A stretch of 64,000 nucleotides of DNA from Antedon mediterranea (taxonomy: Eukaryota; Animalia; Echinodermata), in the NCBI RefSeq assembly GCF_964355755.1, contig NC_092670.1, forward strand, positions 36,320,388-36,384,387, read 5' to 3'. This document shows, piece after piece, positions 1-13,889 of this stretch. The notes under the pieces are model-generated. The model was not told where the DNA came from and ran no database searches. It was given only the letters and a program-made list of their open reading frames with translations. Position 1 is the stretch's first letter. The number at the start of each line of letters is the position of its first letter. The translations under genes and the position numbers were made by a program.

Positions 1-127
1 CAAGGCGTGTATATCGTGTTACCAAGCAATCAATAGACGGGCACGTACAAAGAGAATATGGTGTAGATGAGCCATGCGAAAATCAAGTGCGTGGTATATG
101 CGCCTATTTGCCTTAAGTTCATCCGTA

Positions 128-437
128 AAGATTGGTTCCCACTAGGACGTAACGCAACGACGCAAGCGCGACGTAAAGCTTGGTTCCCACTAGGACGCAA
201 CGCAAGAACGTAAGTTGCCAGGCAAGTGAATTGACCAATCAAAATCGAGGATTATTTCAACTGTTGCTTGTGATTGGTCAGTTCATTTGCATTGCGTCTT
301 ACGTTCTTGCGTTGCGTTCTAGTGGGAACCACGCTTTAGCAATTTACCAATCACAGCAATGGATTATCCGAATTTTTGCTTGTGATTGGTCAACTCGCTT
401 GCGTCCTTGCGTTGCGTCCTAGTGGGAACCAAGCTTA
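128..437. mobile_element. Cluster of palindromic MITE family A (TIR AGCTTGGTTCCCACTAG...CTAGTGGGAACCAAGCT), probably PIF/Harbinger-type
   Basis: Left ends at ~132 and ~178, right ends at ~335 and ~435; internal inverted TTGACCAATCA / TGATTGGTCAA; TAA/TTA flanks; the family recurs at 2680, 5290, 5497 and 20930. Confidence 0.75.
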
Positions 438-638
438 AGGTACACTCATCGTTATAATCAATGACAAAATTACCTATCGGTACTATAGTACCTCTATTCC
501 TTCGACGATTTATAATTAACATAACCTTTCGTTCCTACCTAATAACGCCCAGGTGCGTAGGCATAATATGTTCCACGGATTAGCACTGCATAGCTTATGG
601 TGTGGGTGGACGGGCTTTGGCACGTTATGATACGCTGG

Positions 639-758
639 CAGTGGCGTAACACAGAGGCCTGGCCCCTGGTTTAGGAACCATACTGCTCAGGAGCCCCATA
701 AGCTCCTGAGCAGCCTCTGGTTTAGCCAGTGAGCGCTCATATAGCCGTTACGCCACTG
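639..758. mobile_element. 120-bp hAT-type MITE
   Basis: TIR CAGTGGCGTAAC...GTTACGCCACTG; perfect 8-bp TSD TACGCTGG at 631-638 and 759-766. Confidence 0.9.
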
Positions 759-1158
759 TACGCTGGCTTACACACTAACAGTTAGTGTGTCCACACAGTT
801 GCATTATAATGTTTGAATTGTGTGATTGACGCAACAAGACTGAGAAAATATTTTATTTGTCTGGAACCAACTTTTACAATTCTAGTAGTTTCCAAATTCA
901 CGTTCAATCGTATATTTTGAATAGATCCCTTACCGGCCGAACTTTTAAGTGTATTGATTTTTGGTCTGTCAGTAATTTCCGCTATTTGATTATCTCTTCA
1001 ATTTGCATTAGAACGAATTTCTAACAAATTAATGATAAGTATTAAAGTGCTGTCCAAATTTGATTTGTAAACGTAAAAGTAATTGCTTGGGAAGGGGAAA
1101 AGAGTGCCATATAAATGTCTTCTTAATTCGTTAATCTTGGGTTCAAATGAAATAACTA

Positions 1159-1290
1159 AAGATATGTCTACAGTATCAAACTAGTTTAACAAAGAAGTAT
1201 GTTTCCAAAAATGGTAGTGATATGACGTCATCGTGTCCATATATAGGCACATCACATTGTTGTCACATATAGTTTGATAGTGTGATAGCT
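1159..1290. mobile_element. Decayed copy of palindromic MITE family B
   Basis: Degenerate AGCTCTGTCTACACTATCAAACT ends with the internal ATGGTAGTGATATGAC/GGCACATCAC core shared with copies at 4139, 19496, 22227, 28580 and 34308. Confidence 0.7.
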
Positions 1291-1437
1291 TACTAGATTC
1301 GTGAACCATAAACCGTTGGTGAACTGTTTTTTAGTTGCCTCAATAGAGTGAGTCAAGAGACCTAGTCTAGTAGACTACCATCAGTGTGTTCTCGCTGAAT
1401 GATTAGGCCTACATGGTTAAAGGCAGGTTTTAAATCT

Positions 1438-1622
1438 AGTAGGACTACACGATTGTAGGCCTACACGACTGTAGAACTACACGATTGTAGGCCTACACGA
1501 CTGTAGAACTACACGATTGTAGGCCTACACGACTGTAGAACTACACGATTGTAGGCCTACACGACTGTAGAACTACACGATTGTAGGCCTACACGACTGT
1601 AGAACTACACGATTGTAGGCCT
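1438..1622. repeat. 32-bp minisatellite (~5.7 copies) built of two related 16-mers
   Basis: Unit GTAGAACTACACGATT+GTAGGCCTACACGACT repeated almost perfectly. Confidence 0.95.
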
Positions 1623-2679
1623 AATATAAACCAGTTGGCCACAGAAATGCTTAATAACCATAAACATGCTAAAATGCAAAATATTATTAAACAAAAGGTC
1701 AAAACTGAAAGTTGCAATTTAAATAGTCAAGTAAATTTTTCTTAGATTTTTGACAATTATTACAATACTGTCTTATTCGTAGAAATACTTGGTTTTGTAT
1801 TGGATTTTTAATTAAACTCTGTGTGGACGAGGTCATCCATGTCTGACGTTACGGTAATAATCTTCACGCATTTATGACGTCATTGAGAATCACAGTCTCC
1901 AAAAATGCAATGAGAAATTGAAGAATGTACTCAATTGAGGTTTAGAATATTAAAAGTAAACAATAACGTAATATACAATTGTTTTCACGCTGCTGCTTTA
2001 GCCCGCTACGTCCCATTAGGACTACTCAATCAGAAGCTAAAGCAAGCAGCAGTTATAGTTCTAAGGACAGACAGTTTTGTGAAAATGGAAACTCCACTAT
2101 GATTATTGATTTCAGCTGCTACAGTAGACCCAAAAAACGTAATAGGATACTTCACAATTGAAATATCTAGGGTGATGAAGTGACCCCCAGATTTGACCTT
2201 AGCAATAAAATTGAGTATTCACTTCTGTAACAAAAAAATAATATTTATTCACATATAAAAAAAGAAAAGAAACCCAAAAACCATTGTCTGACAGACAATT
2301 TAAGTATTTGTTGCTTTAAATTACATTTAAATGACACATTCAAAAACAGTTGAAATAAAAAATATTTTTCAATAAGCGAGCAGCGTTTTTTGTAAGAAAT
2401 ATTTCTTGTTATTTATAGAATGTGTATTAATCAGTTGTGTTGTCCGGTTTCTGTATAATTAACGCATGTTAAAAATACCTACGTTTACGATGTTTGTCCG
2501 CTGTCAATATTAGCTTATGTTTGGTAATTAATGTTTGTCCGTTGTTAAGATAATTATTATGAATATTGTTTACATTATTTAATTATAACACTATCCAAGT
2601 ATTGTTCAAAACATCTGATCAACGTTATTAAACGTAAACAAAAAAGTACAGTAAAATGTCTGATTACGAGTTTCCAGAA

Positions 2680-3250
2680 AGCTTGGTTCCCACTAGAGAC
2701 GCAACGCAGGGACGTAAGCGCAACGCTAGTGAGTTGACCAATCGTAAAGCTTGGTTCCCACTAGAGACGCAACGCAGGGACGTAAGCGCAACGCTAGTGA
2801 GTTGACCAATCGTAAAGCTTGGTTCCCACTAGAGACGCAACGCAGGGACGTAAGCGCAACGCTAGTGAGTTGACCAATCGTAAAGCTTGGTTCTCACTAG
2901 AGACGCAACGCAGGGACGTAACGCAACGTAAGTTATTTGACCAATCACAATCGATGGATTATTCGAACAGCCGCTTGTCGTTGGTCAACTCGCTTGCGTT
3001 GCGTCTACGTGCTTGCGTTGTGTGAACCTAGCTTAAATGAGTTGACCAATAACAATCGATGGATTATTCGAACAGCCGCTTGTCGTTGGCCAACTCGCTT
3101 GCGTTGCGTCTACGTGCTTGCGTTGTGTCTCTAGTGTGAACCAAGCTTAAATTAGTTGACCAATCATAAGCGAAAGTCAGAATTATCCATCGCGTCGTGA
3201 ATGGTCAAAATATTTGCGGTGCGCTTAAGTCCTTGTGTGGGAATCAAGCT
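2680..3250. mobile_element. MITE family A with internal tandem amplifications
   Basis: Left 68 bp repeated at 2681, 2749, 2817 and 2885; ~105-bp right-half duplication at 2937 and 3042; right TIRs at ~3147 and ~3250. Confidence 0.85.
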
Positions 3251-3276
3251 TAATGTGTGGGAAGATGGCACGGTTT

Positions 3277-3640
3277 TATTATCACCTGACATTTAATTTA
3301 ATACAGTATTATTGTTTATACAGAAAATAATAATTTCCTTCTTTTCGTATTTATAAGTATTAGGCTTCATTGTAAAAATCTACTAGGATTTATATACAAT
3401 TTATATTTTAATTATCATAATTAGTTATTCGTAACCTTTAAGATATTGGCTAACAGAAGTACGGTACGGTCGATAGGCCCATTATTATCATCTGACATTT
3501 CATTTAATACCGTGTTATTGTTTATGCAGAAAATAGTAATTTCCTATTTGTAATACTATTAGGCATATTGTATAAATAAATAATCAATTTTTATTTTTCT
3601 CATTAAATTAGTTATCCGTCCTTTAGGATATGGCTTTCAG
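3277..3640. repeat. Diverged ~205-bp tandem duplication
   Basis: TTATTATCA(C/T)CTGACATTT..TTAATAC..TTATTGTTTAT(A/G)CAGAAAATA(A/G)TAATTTCCT at 3277 and 3482. Confidence 0.75.
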
Positions 3641-4138
3641 TAGACCTTCGCTAGTTAATTAAATTGTTTGATAATATTATTATTATTATCATCATCATTA
3701 TTATTATTATGTTTTATTGTTATGTAGGACGTTCTCTTTTTTTTAATTTAGTAATCGGGATACAGCGTTCTTCTTCAACAGCTGTTTGATGCAGAATTAT
3801 TGGATAGATATTGCAAACTAACGTGTTCTTCTTTATTTTTGACATTTCAAATAATGCACAGGGTCATAAACTTATTTAAGACAATTTGCAATATCTAGTA
3901 AAATAAATAATTGTCGTAATACATCGATACAATAAAAAACAGGTGTTTTGTAAAAATGTGAGCGGTTATGAACAAATTTAGTTTTACGGACTTATATATT
4001 GGTTAATTAATTATGAAATAACATTTGCTTACTATCTAGAACACGGTGTAATGCGATCGTTAGTAAATTGAATTTGAAATTTGAGACTTTACGGGCAGAT
4101 CATTGTTAATTATGTCATAAGAAGTATTGGTGACCTTA

Positions 4139-4286
4139 AGCTCTGTGTACACTATCAAACTAGTTTGACAAAAAAAAAGTGTGATGTGCCCAAATATGGT
4201 AGTGATATGACCAAATGTAGTAGTAATATGACATCTTTATTGCCATATATGGGCACATTACATTTTTTGATAGTGTAGACAGAGCT
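4139..4286. mobile_element. Palindromic MITE family B (~150 bp), probably PIF/Harbinger-type
   Basis: TIR AGCTCTGTGTACACTATCAAA...TTTGATAGTGTAGACAGAGCT in a TA-rich context; about 10 full or partial copies in the window. Confidence 0.85.
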
Positions 4287-5289
4287 AACTTTAATAGCCC
4301 ATTTCATAGTTGACCTAGAAAGATTTCACGTATCATCAATGAATAATATACAAGTTCACTGCTTTTTAAATCCAGACCGTATTATGGACATGATTTACTA
4401 TAGGCCCACGTAGACCTAGACCCAAGGCGGATTTAGTGTTAGGCCTACACTACAGGAACACCCGGTTCTGCAGTAGAACCACTGCGGACACCTAAGGGGT
4501 GGTGGTGTGTTGGGGTTGGTCGTAGTGTTGAAAAATATATTGTCATTTGTCCAATTTTCAGGTATCCCTGAGGTTTCCTCGAATAGGGATGGCTTCTCTA
4601 TACGTATAAGTCGTTTTTATTATACGAAGTACAAATTAATATCAATAATCATATTCGTTCTCAAGTGACGCATGGTTGTATACTGTACGACACTATCGCC
4701 GCGTTAAATATTGATCGACACCAAGGCCTAGCGATCGATTTTTCTCCGTCTACGCTGTCTCACACACGCTTCAATGCCACTATTTCCCTTTGTATTGATT
4801 GGCCTACGACTACAGTGATTTAGCGAATCTTTTACCTTTAGAACCTGATTATAAAGACAAACCTGACCATCATAAACGATGAAAACGAACAATCGACAAT
4901 GATAATTCAACTTTCGCTTTAAATCAGTTCGATTTAGCTTAAACACCTTTTGGTCACAAAAAAATGGCTTATTTGGAACCGAGCATTATAGTATAAACAA
5001 TAAGGATGTTGATCGAGAAGTCACGGACACTACCATAAATACATTACCGAGAATCGGTTGACCATAATGTAGTTCTACTACGAATTCATACTTTCAATAA
5101 TACAATTATGAATAATTATTACATAATTATTATTTAGATTCAAGAAGATTATATAGATCAATCAATAAGCAGGTTTACCGAGAAAACCAAAACAACCGAT
5201 CTGTTAAAGATTATGCGAAGCGCATAAAATTGAAACTCCCACGCAATGCCTGCTGTAACAAATAATTAAAATATAATTTATGAATTTTC

Positions 5290-5671
5290 AACGCAAGGAC
5301 GTAGTTGCAACGCAAGCGAGTTGACCAATGACAAGCGACAGTTCGAATAATCCATCGCTTGTGATTGGTCAAATCACTTAATTTGCGCTTACTTCCTAGT
5401 GGGAACCAAGCTTTATGCTCTAAAATTAAATAGATCATTAACACGTGGTAGGTTCAAACGTCATGATTAGTGACTACAGCTAGCTCTTAACATTAAAGCT
5501 TGGTTCCCACTAGAACGTAACGCAAGGACGTAAACGCAACACAAGCGTTTTAACCAATGACAAGCGAAGTTACAGTTAGCAATCACAAGCGAATAAGCCA
5601 TCGCTTGTGATTGGTCAATTCACTTGCGTTGCGTTACGTCCTTGTGTTGCGTCGCTAGTGGGAACCACGCT
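5290..5671. mobile_element. Two MITE family A copies (partial 5290-5412; complete 5497-5671)
   Basis: AGCTTGGTTCCCACTAG at ~5498 and CTAGTGGGAACCACGCT at 5655-5671; right TIR at 5396-5412. Confidence 0.85.
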
Positions 5672-5930
5672 TTACAGTCATTAAAACCACAGTATGTGTT
5701 CCATAAACATATGTTGTCAAGACGAATAGAATAATATAAAGCACACGAACAGGCCTGGATGTAATACAAAACATGTATATATTTGTACCATCAACAACAT
5801 GCTATGGGTTTCTCAATACCACGAGGCATATGATTTCTTTTCTTGATAACAATATTGACGATCCAATTCAAATGGAAATGAACTATGTTTTTTTATGGCA
5901 GCCTGATAATGTTGTCAACACGACAACAAG

Positions 5931-6550
5931 GATGATGATGACGATGACGAAGATCATGATGATGTTGATGATGATCATGATGTTGATAGTACAGTTTTTA
6001 GAGCTACCCTTGTAAAATAAAGTTAAATCAATAAATAATAAATAAATGATGATGTTGATGATATGTTGATGATGATGTTGATGATATGTTGGTGGTGATG
6101 AATTTGATGATGTTGACCATGATATGTTGATGATGTTGATGAAGATATGTTGATGATGATATGTTAATGATGTTGACAATATGTTGATGATGTTGATCAT
6201 GATAAAATGTTGTTGATGATAACTTGATGATGATGTTGACATATGTTGATGGTGATATAGTGATGATGATGTTGATGATGTTGACCATGATATGTTGATA
6301 ATGATGATGATGTTGATGATGACGATGATGATGTTGACCATGATATGTTGATAATGATGATGTTGACCATGATATGTTGATAATGATGATGTTGACCATG
6401 ATATGTTGATAATGATGATGTTGACCATGATATGTTGATAATGGTGATGTTGACCATGATATGTTGATAATGATGATGTTGACCATATGTTGATGTTGAT
6501 ATGTTGATAATGATGATGTTGACCATGATATGTTGATGTTGATATGTTGA
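5931..6550. repeat. (GAT/GTT)n-derived microsatellite with a 27-bp higher-order unit (GATGATGTTGACCATGATATGTTGATA)
   Basis: Visible directly; accounts for the His/Ile/Ser-rich spurious ORFs. Confidence 0.95.
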
Positions 6551-8071
6551 TTGGCCGATTATGACATTATAAAATATACGGATTCAGGAGAGCCGAGCAG
6601 AATCCGGCCCCGTTTTGAAAATTGGGGGAAATTGGGTGAAAAGGGAGGCAAAGGGAATTCTGTATTCTCCCATGCCATGTATGCATATAACGAAGTAGAA
6701 ATTATATCACGAAAAAGATGATTATGACGGCAGCAGTTTGCTGACGAATGACACCAATACGGCGATCATAATGTTATGAAGTTTATACCGTATATTCACC
6801 ATAGATACAATTTAATATTTAAACCTTATACACACTTGAGACGCGATGACTGAGCGACAAATTATGTTAAACAAGTAATAAAAAAACACACACACAACAA
6901 CGATCGATTTCTTGTCGACGCATGTCCTTTCAATGTATTTATTCACAAGAGAAAGAAACTGAATACACACAACGGTTGGTGAAACATTGGATATCAAAAC
7001 ACTTCAAATTGAATGGAGAACTGGACCGGCAATCTAACATTTCAATTTTTTTTTACAACATACTGTTCACCATAATAATTTATTTAATACATATTAATTC
7101 GTTGGAATCTAATGGTTGTCACGTTACACATTGTAGCAACGATGCAGGGTATTTTATCCAATATAGATTATGTACAGCCTTGCTTATTATTAATATAATT
7201 TTCTATCTACAATGTTGTTTTATTACATATTATGCTTACACACATTTTTCTTCCAGTTCACACTAACGACACACCCCACCCCTTCCCAAAAATAATGCCA
7301 CACCCACCACACTGGTTTTCTTGACACTTTGAAAGTATTACCTCTAACGCCTCCTGTTATATCCCAGTAATTGGAATGTACACAACCAACATAATCTCAT
7401 TCAAAACAAACGAGTGATTTCATACTCAAAATTGTAGTCATCCGAAATTTGGGTAGAGAATCAACGTTAAACTTATTTCTTATATCTAAGTACAGATAGC
7501 CATTATTTAATTATCAAAATAATATCCGACAAACAAAAATACATGACTGCACGGTATGCCAATTTACCATTGGTAAGTGAGTTGAAGTCATTTACGTGAC
7601 GCCGCCACAAGTAGATATTTTGCAATACGCTATAATTAAACGGTTTTTAATGCGTACGGTACTTCATAACATCGTGCAGAATCATAAAGATTTACATTCA
7701 TTCAATTTAATGTAAAGCCTTAAAATGACCTTTGATATTTTCCGATTCATTTTTTTAACAGTGTCTTAATAGCTAAGCCCATAACCGTACGTCATATACC
7801 TTTCATAATGTAGTCACACACAATTGTACACATGTGTTTTTGACTATTATTAGACAAGACACAAATTAAGTACAGTTGCATTAAACAAGCACAACGTGCG
7901 GAATATTTCGCTGCACTTGACGTTAAACGTCCAATTGTTGTTATTGAGAACTATTATGAATTGGCAGTGCTTTATAAACTATACAAACTCGATGTGTGTT
8001 TGAATATTAGGGAAGAAAATGATTAATATTGCAACACCCCTTATAAATTATGGATCATAAAGAATATCATA

Positions 8072-8436
8072 AACTTTTCCACACATTTAGCTTTTAAACA
8101 CGTAGTTACATGTTTAGCGTGTTTAAAATCTAAACGTGTTTATTTAACATGTTTAACTCGTTTAGCAGTCAACGTGTCACTATTATGTTCAGTCAACATG
8201 TTTAGATACGTGTTTAGCATTGCGTGCATATGATTTTACTGTGGCGGAAAAAAAGCTCGACACATGAGCTCCACACATGGCAAATTAAACACGTTTAAAA
8301 CCTAAGCATGTCTTTGATCCACATGTTTAACACTCAACACGTCACTGATGTGTTGAGTTGGATACAGACTACATGTTTAGAGTGTATTTAGAAACCAAAC
8401 ATGTTTATATCTAAGACTAAATGTGTGGACAAAGCT
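8072..8436. mobile_element. Degenerate foldback/MITE with internal AAACATGTTT/AACACGT motifs
   Basis: TTTTCCACACATTTAG (8075) is inverted as CTAAATGTGTGGACAA (8418); the interior repeats ACATGTTTA/ACACGT. Confidence 0.55.
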
Positions 8437-11400
8437 GTTTAAGATCTAAACACTATTATACAGTGTATAGTGTTTTAGACATTATACACGGTAACATTAT
8501 ATGACATCACAGTCACACCTTACTTTATAAGCATAACTATTGATCGAATAAGACAAGTCAACGATATTAATTTACTTACGTAAAAGAACCAATGTGCGAG
8601 TCAGTATTTTAATGTTAATCATAATATTCAGCGTTAAATTGGATCTATAGTAAATCAATATTCAATTTTTTAAATCTCCGGTTCATTTATTATTCGCACA
8701 GTTTATAAAACCACCATTATAATTTTTATATATGTACATGTTAAATAAAATGATATTTATCTTCTAAAACCTTCTCTGTTATAAAATACGTTATAGTGCA
8801 AAATGTCCAAATTATGGATGGAGCGGAGATTTAATATTTCTAATGTTGATGAGTATATTACAATATGGATCATAAAAACAGACAAATCGGACGTGCCCAA
8901 ACCGTTAGTTGCGGGTAAGCGGTCATAGGAACCAGAGATGCACAGAGTAACGTTTTTCATACGAAAGATCATTCAGGAATTACCGAACTTTGTAGAAACC
9001 ATTAGAATAATCAGCATATTATTAAACTACAATTAATCGTTTGTGCATAGTAAATTAGACGTGGAATTAACATACGTATTTTGGAAAACACACACGTACC
9101 GTAGTACGTTATTACGCATGCGCATTGGTAAATTGTAATAATATTTAAATTTCAGACGTCATCGCAAATATTTTCAAGATCAGATATTTTTACATTAAGA
9201 TGTTTATAATCAGATAATCATTTACAAAGCTCATGAAAAAACACTATTTGAATAAAACTGATAAATAAATATAAATAAAACTGAGCACAGCGATCATGAC
9301 AAATGTACATGGTTTTAGCACAGAGGTCATGTATAAATACAATTTAATTACGTGGGTTTAAACATCAAGATTGTTTACGCTCAAAATAAAGGTCATTCAT
9401 TGCACAAACATGACGTTGATGTTAATTTACACACATGAGGTCACGCGTGCACATTATAATAATGACGTAGATGCGAACATTACGCGGTAAGGTTATAGTA
9501 CATACATAGGGCCTACGTAGCACCACTCGGATGTACAGTATTTTTGAAACCTGTAAATAAATTTATACCGTAGTAAATTTTGGAAGAATTTACAAATGCA
9601 TTGGGCATGTAGATGTATATTTTTCAAACTATACAAACATATTTGCATTAACCTTTTCCATCCAGGTCAGTCCATTGGGATTTCGCGGCAATCATTTTAA
9701 CATAAACAACGCAGGGTTATTTACTCATCTATTAATAATATTAAAATGTTATTTTATGAATATCAGTTATGTCATCGTTTAATTAGTAAAGGTATAGTTG
9801 CGATGAGGTGTGCCTACTTGGTTATCCCAACGTGAAGCGATGATACAGGAAGCAGGGATTATTATGCGTCGTGTGCGTTCCATACTGAAGCATTTAATAA
9901 TTAAGAAGATAGAGTAAATTGAAAACTACAGCCAATTTAATTACGCTACATTTTCTTGGAGAACATGACGCTTAATAATTATGCCAAAACGTATCAGCTT
10001 CATTATAATTCCGAGATTAAATAGTATTGCAGAAGCAGTTCATTAAAATGCACCAGTTAGAAATAAGTAATTAATATACTGTCATATTAATGTGAATTTC
10101 TTTGATAAATATATAACTATATTATATTTGCCCGTTACCGTATTGTATATTGCGCGTACTACGTATTTATACGCACACAGTGTACGTACAACAACGAAGC
10201 GAAATGGTGTGTCTCCGAAATACCTAAAGACATTTTACCATTCAAATTTAAATGAATATGAAGGAACGAGCAATCTTTAAACCTTTTCCAATATTATAAA
10301 TAATAATAGAGGAAAATGATTTAAACCAAAAGGTTTAAGCATGTTTCTTCAACGTAAGATGTTCAGATAATTTTATCCTGGTATATAATGATATTGTATG
10401 CAATGTTTTCAGTTATCTACAGTATGAACAATTTCTAGCAACGCTCTCGGTTAATACATTAGAGCATGCGCACTCAATGATGAATAAAATATGTGACCTT
10501 TAAAACTGTATTACAGAACAATCATATAAAACATAACTCAGAGAAATCACAATATCACAAGGTAACAGTAATAAAAAATTAAAAAATATGGTTATACAAT
10601 TGGAATGATATCCTTTTCGGTATTTTAAATACTACATTTTAAAAACAGAATTCCATAAAAAAAACACACGAATGGAATTGGAAAGGAAAGAATATACTTA
10701 GATATTGAAAATAAATTATTTTTAAAATATGCTTAATAAAAATCGTACACACAACTGCATAGAACTGACACACATTAATTTCATAAAATGCATTTACCAT
10801 AATAAATAATTATGAATTTACTTGCGCTTTTTACAACATAAATAATTTAAATAGAAAACAATTCTCTCGGAGACAATAAAACTTGCTATTATACTTATAA
10901 TATTGGATTATAGAATTTGTTATTACCTATTCGTGTTTTATTTAGTCGCTGTTCAGAAAATCAATATGGGTGTCCACAATATTTCCTAGTAGAAGCACGT
11001 TTAACATCGAATAGTCGCCATTTTTATTTATCTAATTTAATGATTTCAGCCGAAAACCCGTTACAAAATTATATTTAAACAATTAAACAGTGGCATGTAT
11101 AAACACGCAAATATACACGCTTTACGCACGTGGACAGAATGCGCTTAATATTCACTCCCGTTTAATGTACGTAATGACAAACCATTTCCGCTTAAAGCAC
11201 GAAAATGATGAGTCAATCAATTCGAGCGCGTACCACCATTAATGCGCGTAATGATTTCTTTTTTACGCCGGTAGTTACTTCCGCTTATTAAGGATGTGTA
11301 GTTTTTTCTTATTATTTGACAGACATGCGCAGTGAAAACACAGGAGATGGATTACTTTTCATCAACAGAGCCGTCTTAATTTAAATATCTGTTGCTAGGA

Positions 11401-12728
11401 GCAAAATACATTAAACACGATTATTGAGCCGTTTTATGAATATTTCTTTTCCCGCATGTCATTATTTCTATAAGTTTCTCAATTTATAATAGCATACACA
11501 ATTTGGCGGTAAAAGTATTAAACCTATCTGATAATTCATATACCATATTCATATAAATTGGATTGTATTAAAAAATGCTAGCCTATGTTCTACGTTTTAA
11601 TTGGATAAGATGGAGAGGCCTTAATAAAACACAATTCAACATTTCCCAGTTATAATAATACTCATTTACAAATTGCCATATTAACAACGTCGAATCCTTC
11701 TTCGTTGAAACGCATTAGCCTTTTAGAACGTCGCTGGTTATAGCTAAAAAGGATACGATATATTTATCCGCACTTTAATTTACTACACATCCACGAATAC
11801 ATAATTAGCTTTCTGTGTGTGAGCGTTTGTTTTCATGTAGCGAATCTTGGTAATTGGCGTTTCATAATGACGCGTTGGGGAGGATGTTGTAAAACTAGAT
11901 ATCTCTGCATTGCTTGATGATACTATTCGTCCAATGTATTGTTTTTATCTTCAAAAATAATTGGCTGTAAATAAAGTAATCTTCAATCCCCATGAGTATT
12001 ATTTGATACTTTACTTTAGAAAAAATATTTTCTGATTTCCAATTTGCATCTTCGTTCATTAAGAAATCCAATCATACAAATTCCAGTAGTCCATATACGT
12101 ATGTTAATTAGTTACAGGGTAGGTAATTTACCACGTACTAAAACTATACATCACAATAACTGATGGTTTACGATAGTTTCTGAATATCTGTTTTTGAATT
12201 ATTCATAAAACGGCTAGGCCCAATATTTTGCATCTGGACACCGTCTGCTTCTGTGTTCACCACGAGAATCATGTTTCAGCAGCGGGACAAATCAAACACA
12301 GCAGGAGCGTAATGTTGTCGGCATTTTCATCGTAGAACAATCATTTGAAAAGTGCCAATCTTGGTTTAGTGTGTTCACTTTTCAATATCAACGTTTACTA
12401 TTACATTATTCCTAAAGTATTTGTCAAAAAACTTGTTCATATATTCCTGTTGATTTACATTGACATAATTTCCATTCCTTGTTTTTGTTAAAGATGGTAC
12501 CAAATTGGTACACTATACAATTGTTCATAAAACTATGTTTACAGATGTTTATTTCACAACTCACAATAAATATCAGACTACATAATTCTTCATTGCACAA
12601 TTAGGAATTAAAAATTCACAATCTGTTGAGCACCCGTGGTGTTCATTTGTTCATTATATACTCTTCTGACCACCGATTGATTGCTGAAGAGTCATCGTAT
12701 AGTGGTTTTGTTTTAAAAAATATATTCT

Positions 12729-13889
12729 TTAGACCTTAGCGTATGATTTTAGATCGGCTAGCATACTTGTAAAGAAGTTGGAATCACGGTTAATACGCAG
12801 CATTTTGCCGCTGCAGTCATTTACAATCTTTAGACATCGATCCCAGAACTTTTCCCGACTTTCATCCACAAGAAATGGTTTAAGAGGATAACTGATTTCA
12901 TTGCCCATGTAACTATACGAAAGGTATAAGCAAGTAAGTAGCATGCCTTGAAGTTCTTGCGGCTTTCTGACTCTTGATTTTGTCAGAAGTTCGCGCACCA
13001 ACATGAATACGAAGACGACGTTTGGTGATGACAGAAAGTTTACATCCTGCCACCCTTGTATAAGCAAGGAGCGGTCAACGGCTCGAAGCCAGACGATGGC
13101 ATCCGCAGTGTCAAAATCCTTAAGGTACGGGCAGTGAAATCTTACAAAATTTGCTAAACATTTTAGAAGTTCACTTGTAGATGATTGCACAAACTTTCTG
13201 CTGGTTATCAGCCCGCTTCCAGCGCGGACGTTAGGCCCACTTTGGGACTTTCTCAAAGAGGAGGCATTGGAATACGTGAAAGAGGTCGTAGTGACGCTGG
13301 AATTAATGGGCTTGACGGTGTGCTGGGGAGCTGGCTGTTTAGGTGGTGGTTGAGATGTTGTTGATAAATTCGCTATAGCAGTATAATTTGCATTTGAACT
13401 TGTGTTCAGATTAAAACATGAAAACGATTTCTTTATACTTGAATCTAGATCTTCCGTATTCCCGTTAGAATCTAGCGTGTTCATTGGAATTAAATTCGAT
13501 CGTGGTATAGGCCTATTAGTAGTCTTTGGTTTTAAAACATTATTGTTTGCCTTGTCCGAATTTGTCAATCCCATGTTAGTATTCGTATGATTATTGGCAA
13601 TAGTTGTACTTACACTTGTTAAAGGTATATGTCCAGAAGATTTCTTTTTTCCAGAAGGGTTGAACATTTTCCAACCAAGGTTACTGATGAATATGGAATG
13701 CTTTCGCATAGATTTCTTTTCGGTGTTAGTTGTACTGCAGCCGGTGGAAATCGACGTAGTATCCGTAGAATTAACATTAAAATTCTTCGAGTTGTAAAAT
13801 GCGTTGATGTTGCTCATGGTAAGGCTGCTTGTCCCGCTACAATATCCACAATCCTTTTGACGGGGTGAGAGTGACAGTACTGTGCCCAT
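12729..13889 (-). CDS. CDK5R1: Cyclin-dependent kinase 5 activator (p35/p39 family), 386 aa, intronless
   Basis: N-terminal myristoylation signature MGTVLSLSP; KHS..IS.L.WK motif; activator core [11 protein letters not shown]...[16 protein letters not shown]...[24 protein letters not shown]...FWDRCL; strong Kozak GTCACCATGG. Confidence 0.97.
   Translation of the reverse strand: MGTVLSLSPRQKDCGYCSGTSSLTMSNINAFYNSKNFNVNSTDTTSISTGCSTTNTEKKSMRKHSIFISNLGWKMFNPSGKKKSSGHIPLTSVSTTIANNHTNTNMGLTNSDKANNNVLKPKTTNRPIPRSNLIPMNTLDSNGNTEDLDSSIKKSFSCFNLNTSSNANYTAIANLSTTSQPPPKQPAPQHTVKPINSSVTTTSFTYSNASSLRKSQSGPNVRAGSGLITSRKFVQSSTSELLKCLANFVRFHCPYLKDFDTADAIVWLRAVDRSLLIQGWQDVNFLSSPNVVFVFMLVRELLTKSRVRKPQELQGMLLTCLYLSYSYMGNEISYPLKPFLVDESREKFWDRCLKIVNDCSGKMLRINRDSNFFTSMLADLKSYAKV

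Noticed and set aside
30-422. Short ORFs here and at 2819, 2937, 4081, 5211, 21018, 29086, 33419
   Set aside because: All fall within MITE families A or B.
2681-2900. CRISPR-like regular array (also 1438-1622 and 47375-47441)
   Set aside because: The first two have identical units with no unique spacers; the third has only 7-bp repeats. There are no cas genes and the context is eukaryotic.
5773-6526. His/Ile/Ser-rich ORFs of 80-181 aa
   Set aside because: They are readings of the GAT/GTT microsatellite, open in several frames, with no domain or splice support.
12275-12292. REST/NRSE-like TTCAGCAGCGGGACAA downstream of CDK5R1
   Set aside because: Mismatches and non-canonical half-site spacing; consistent with chance.
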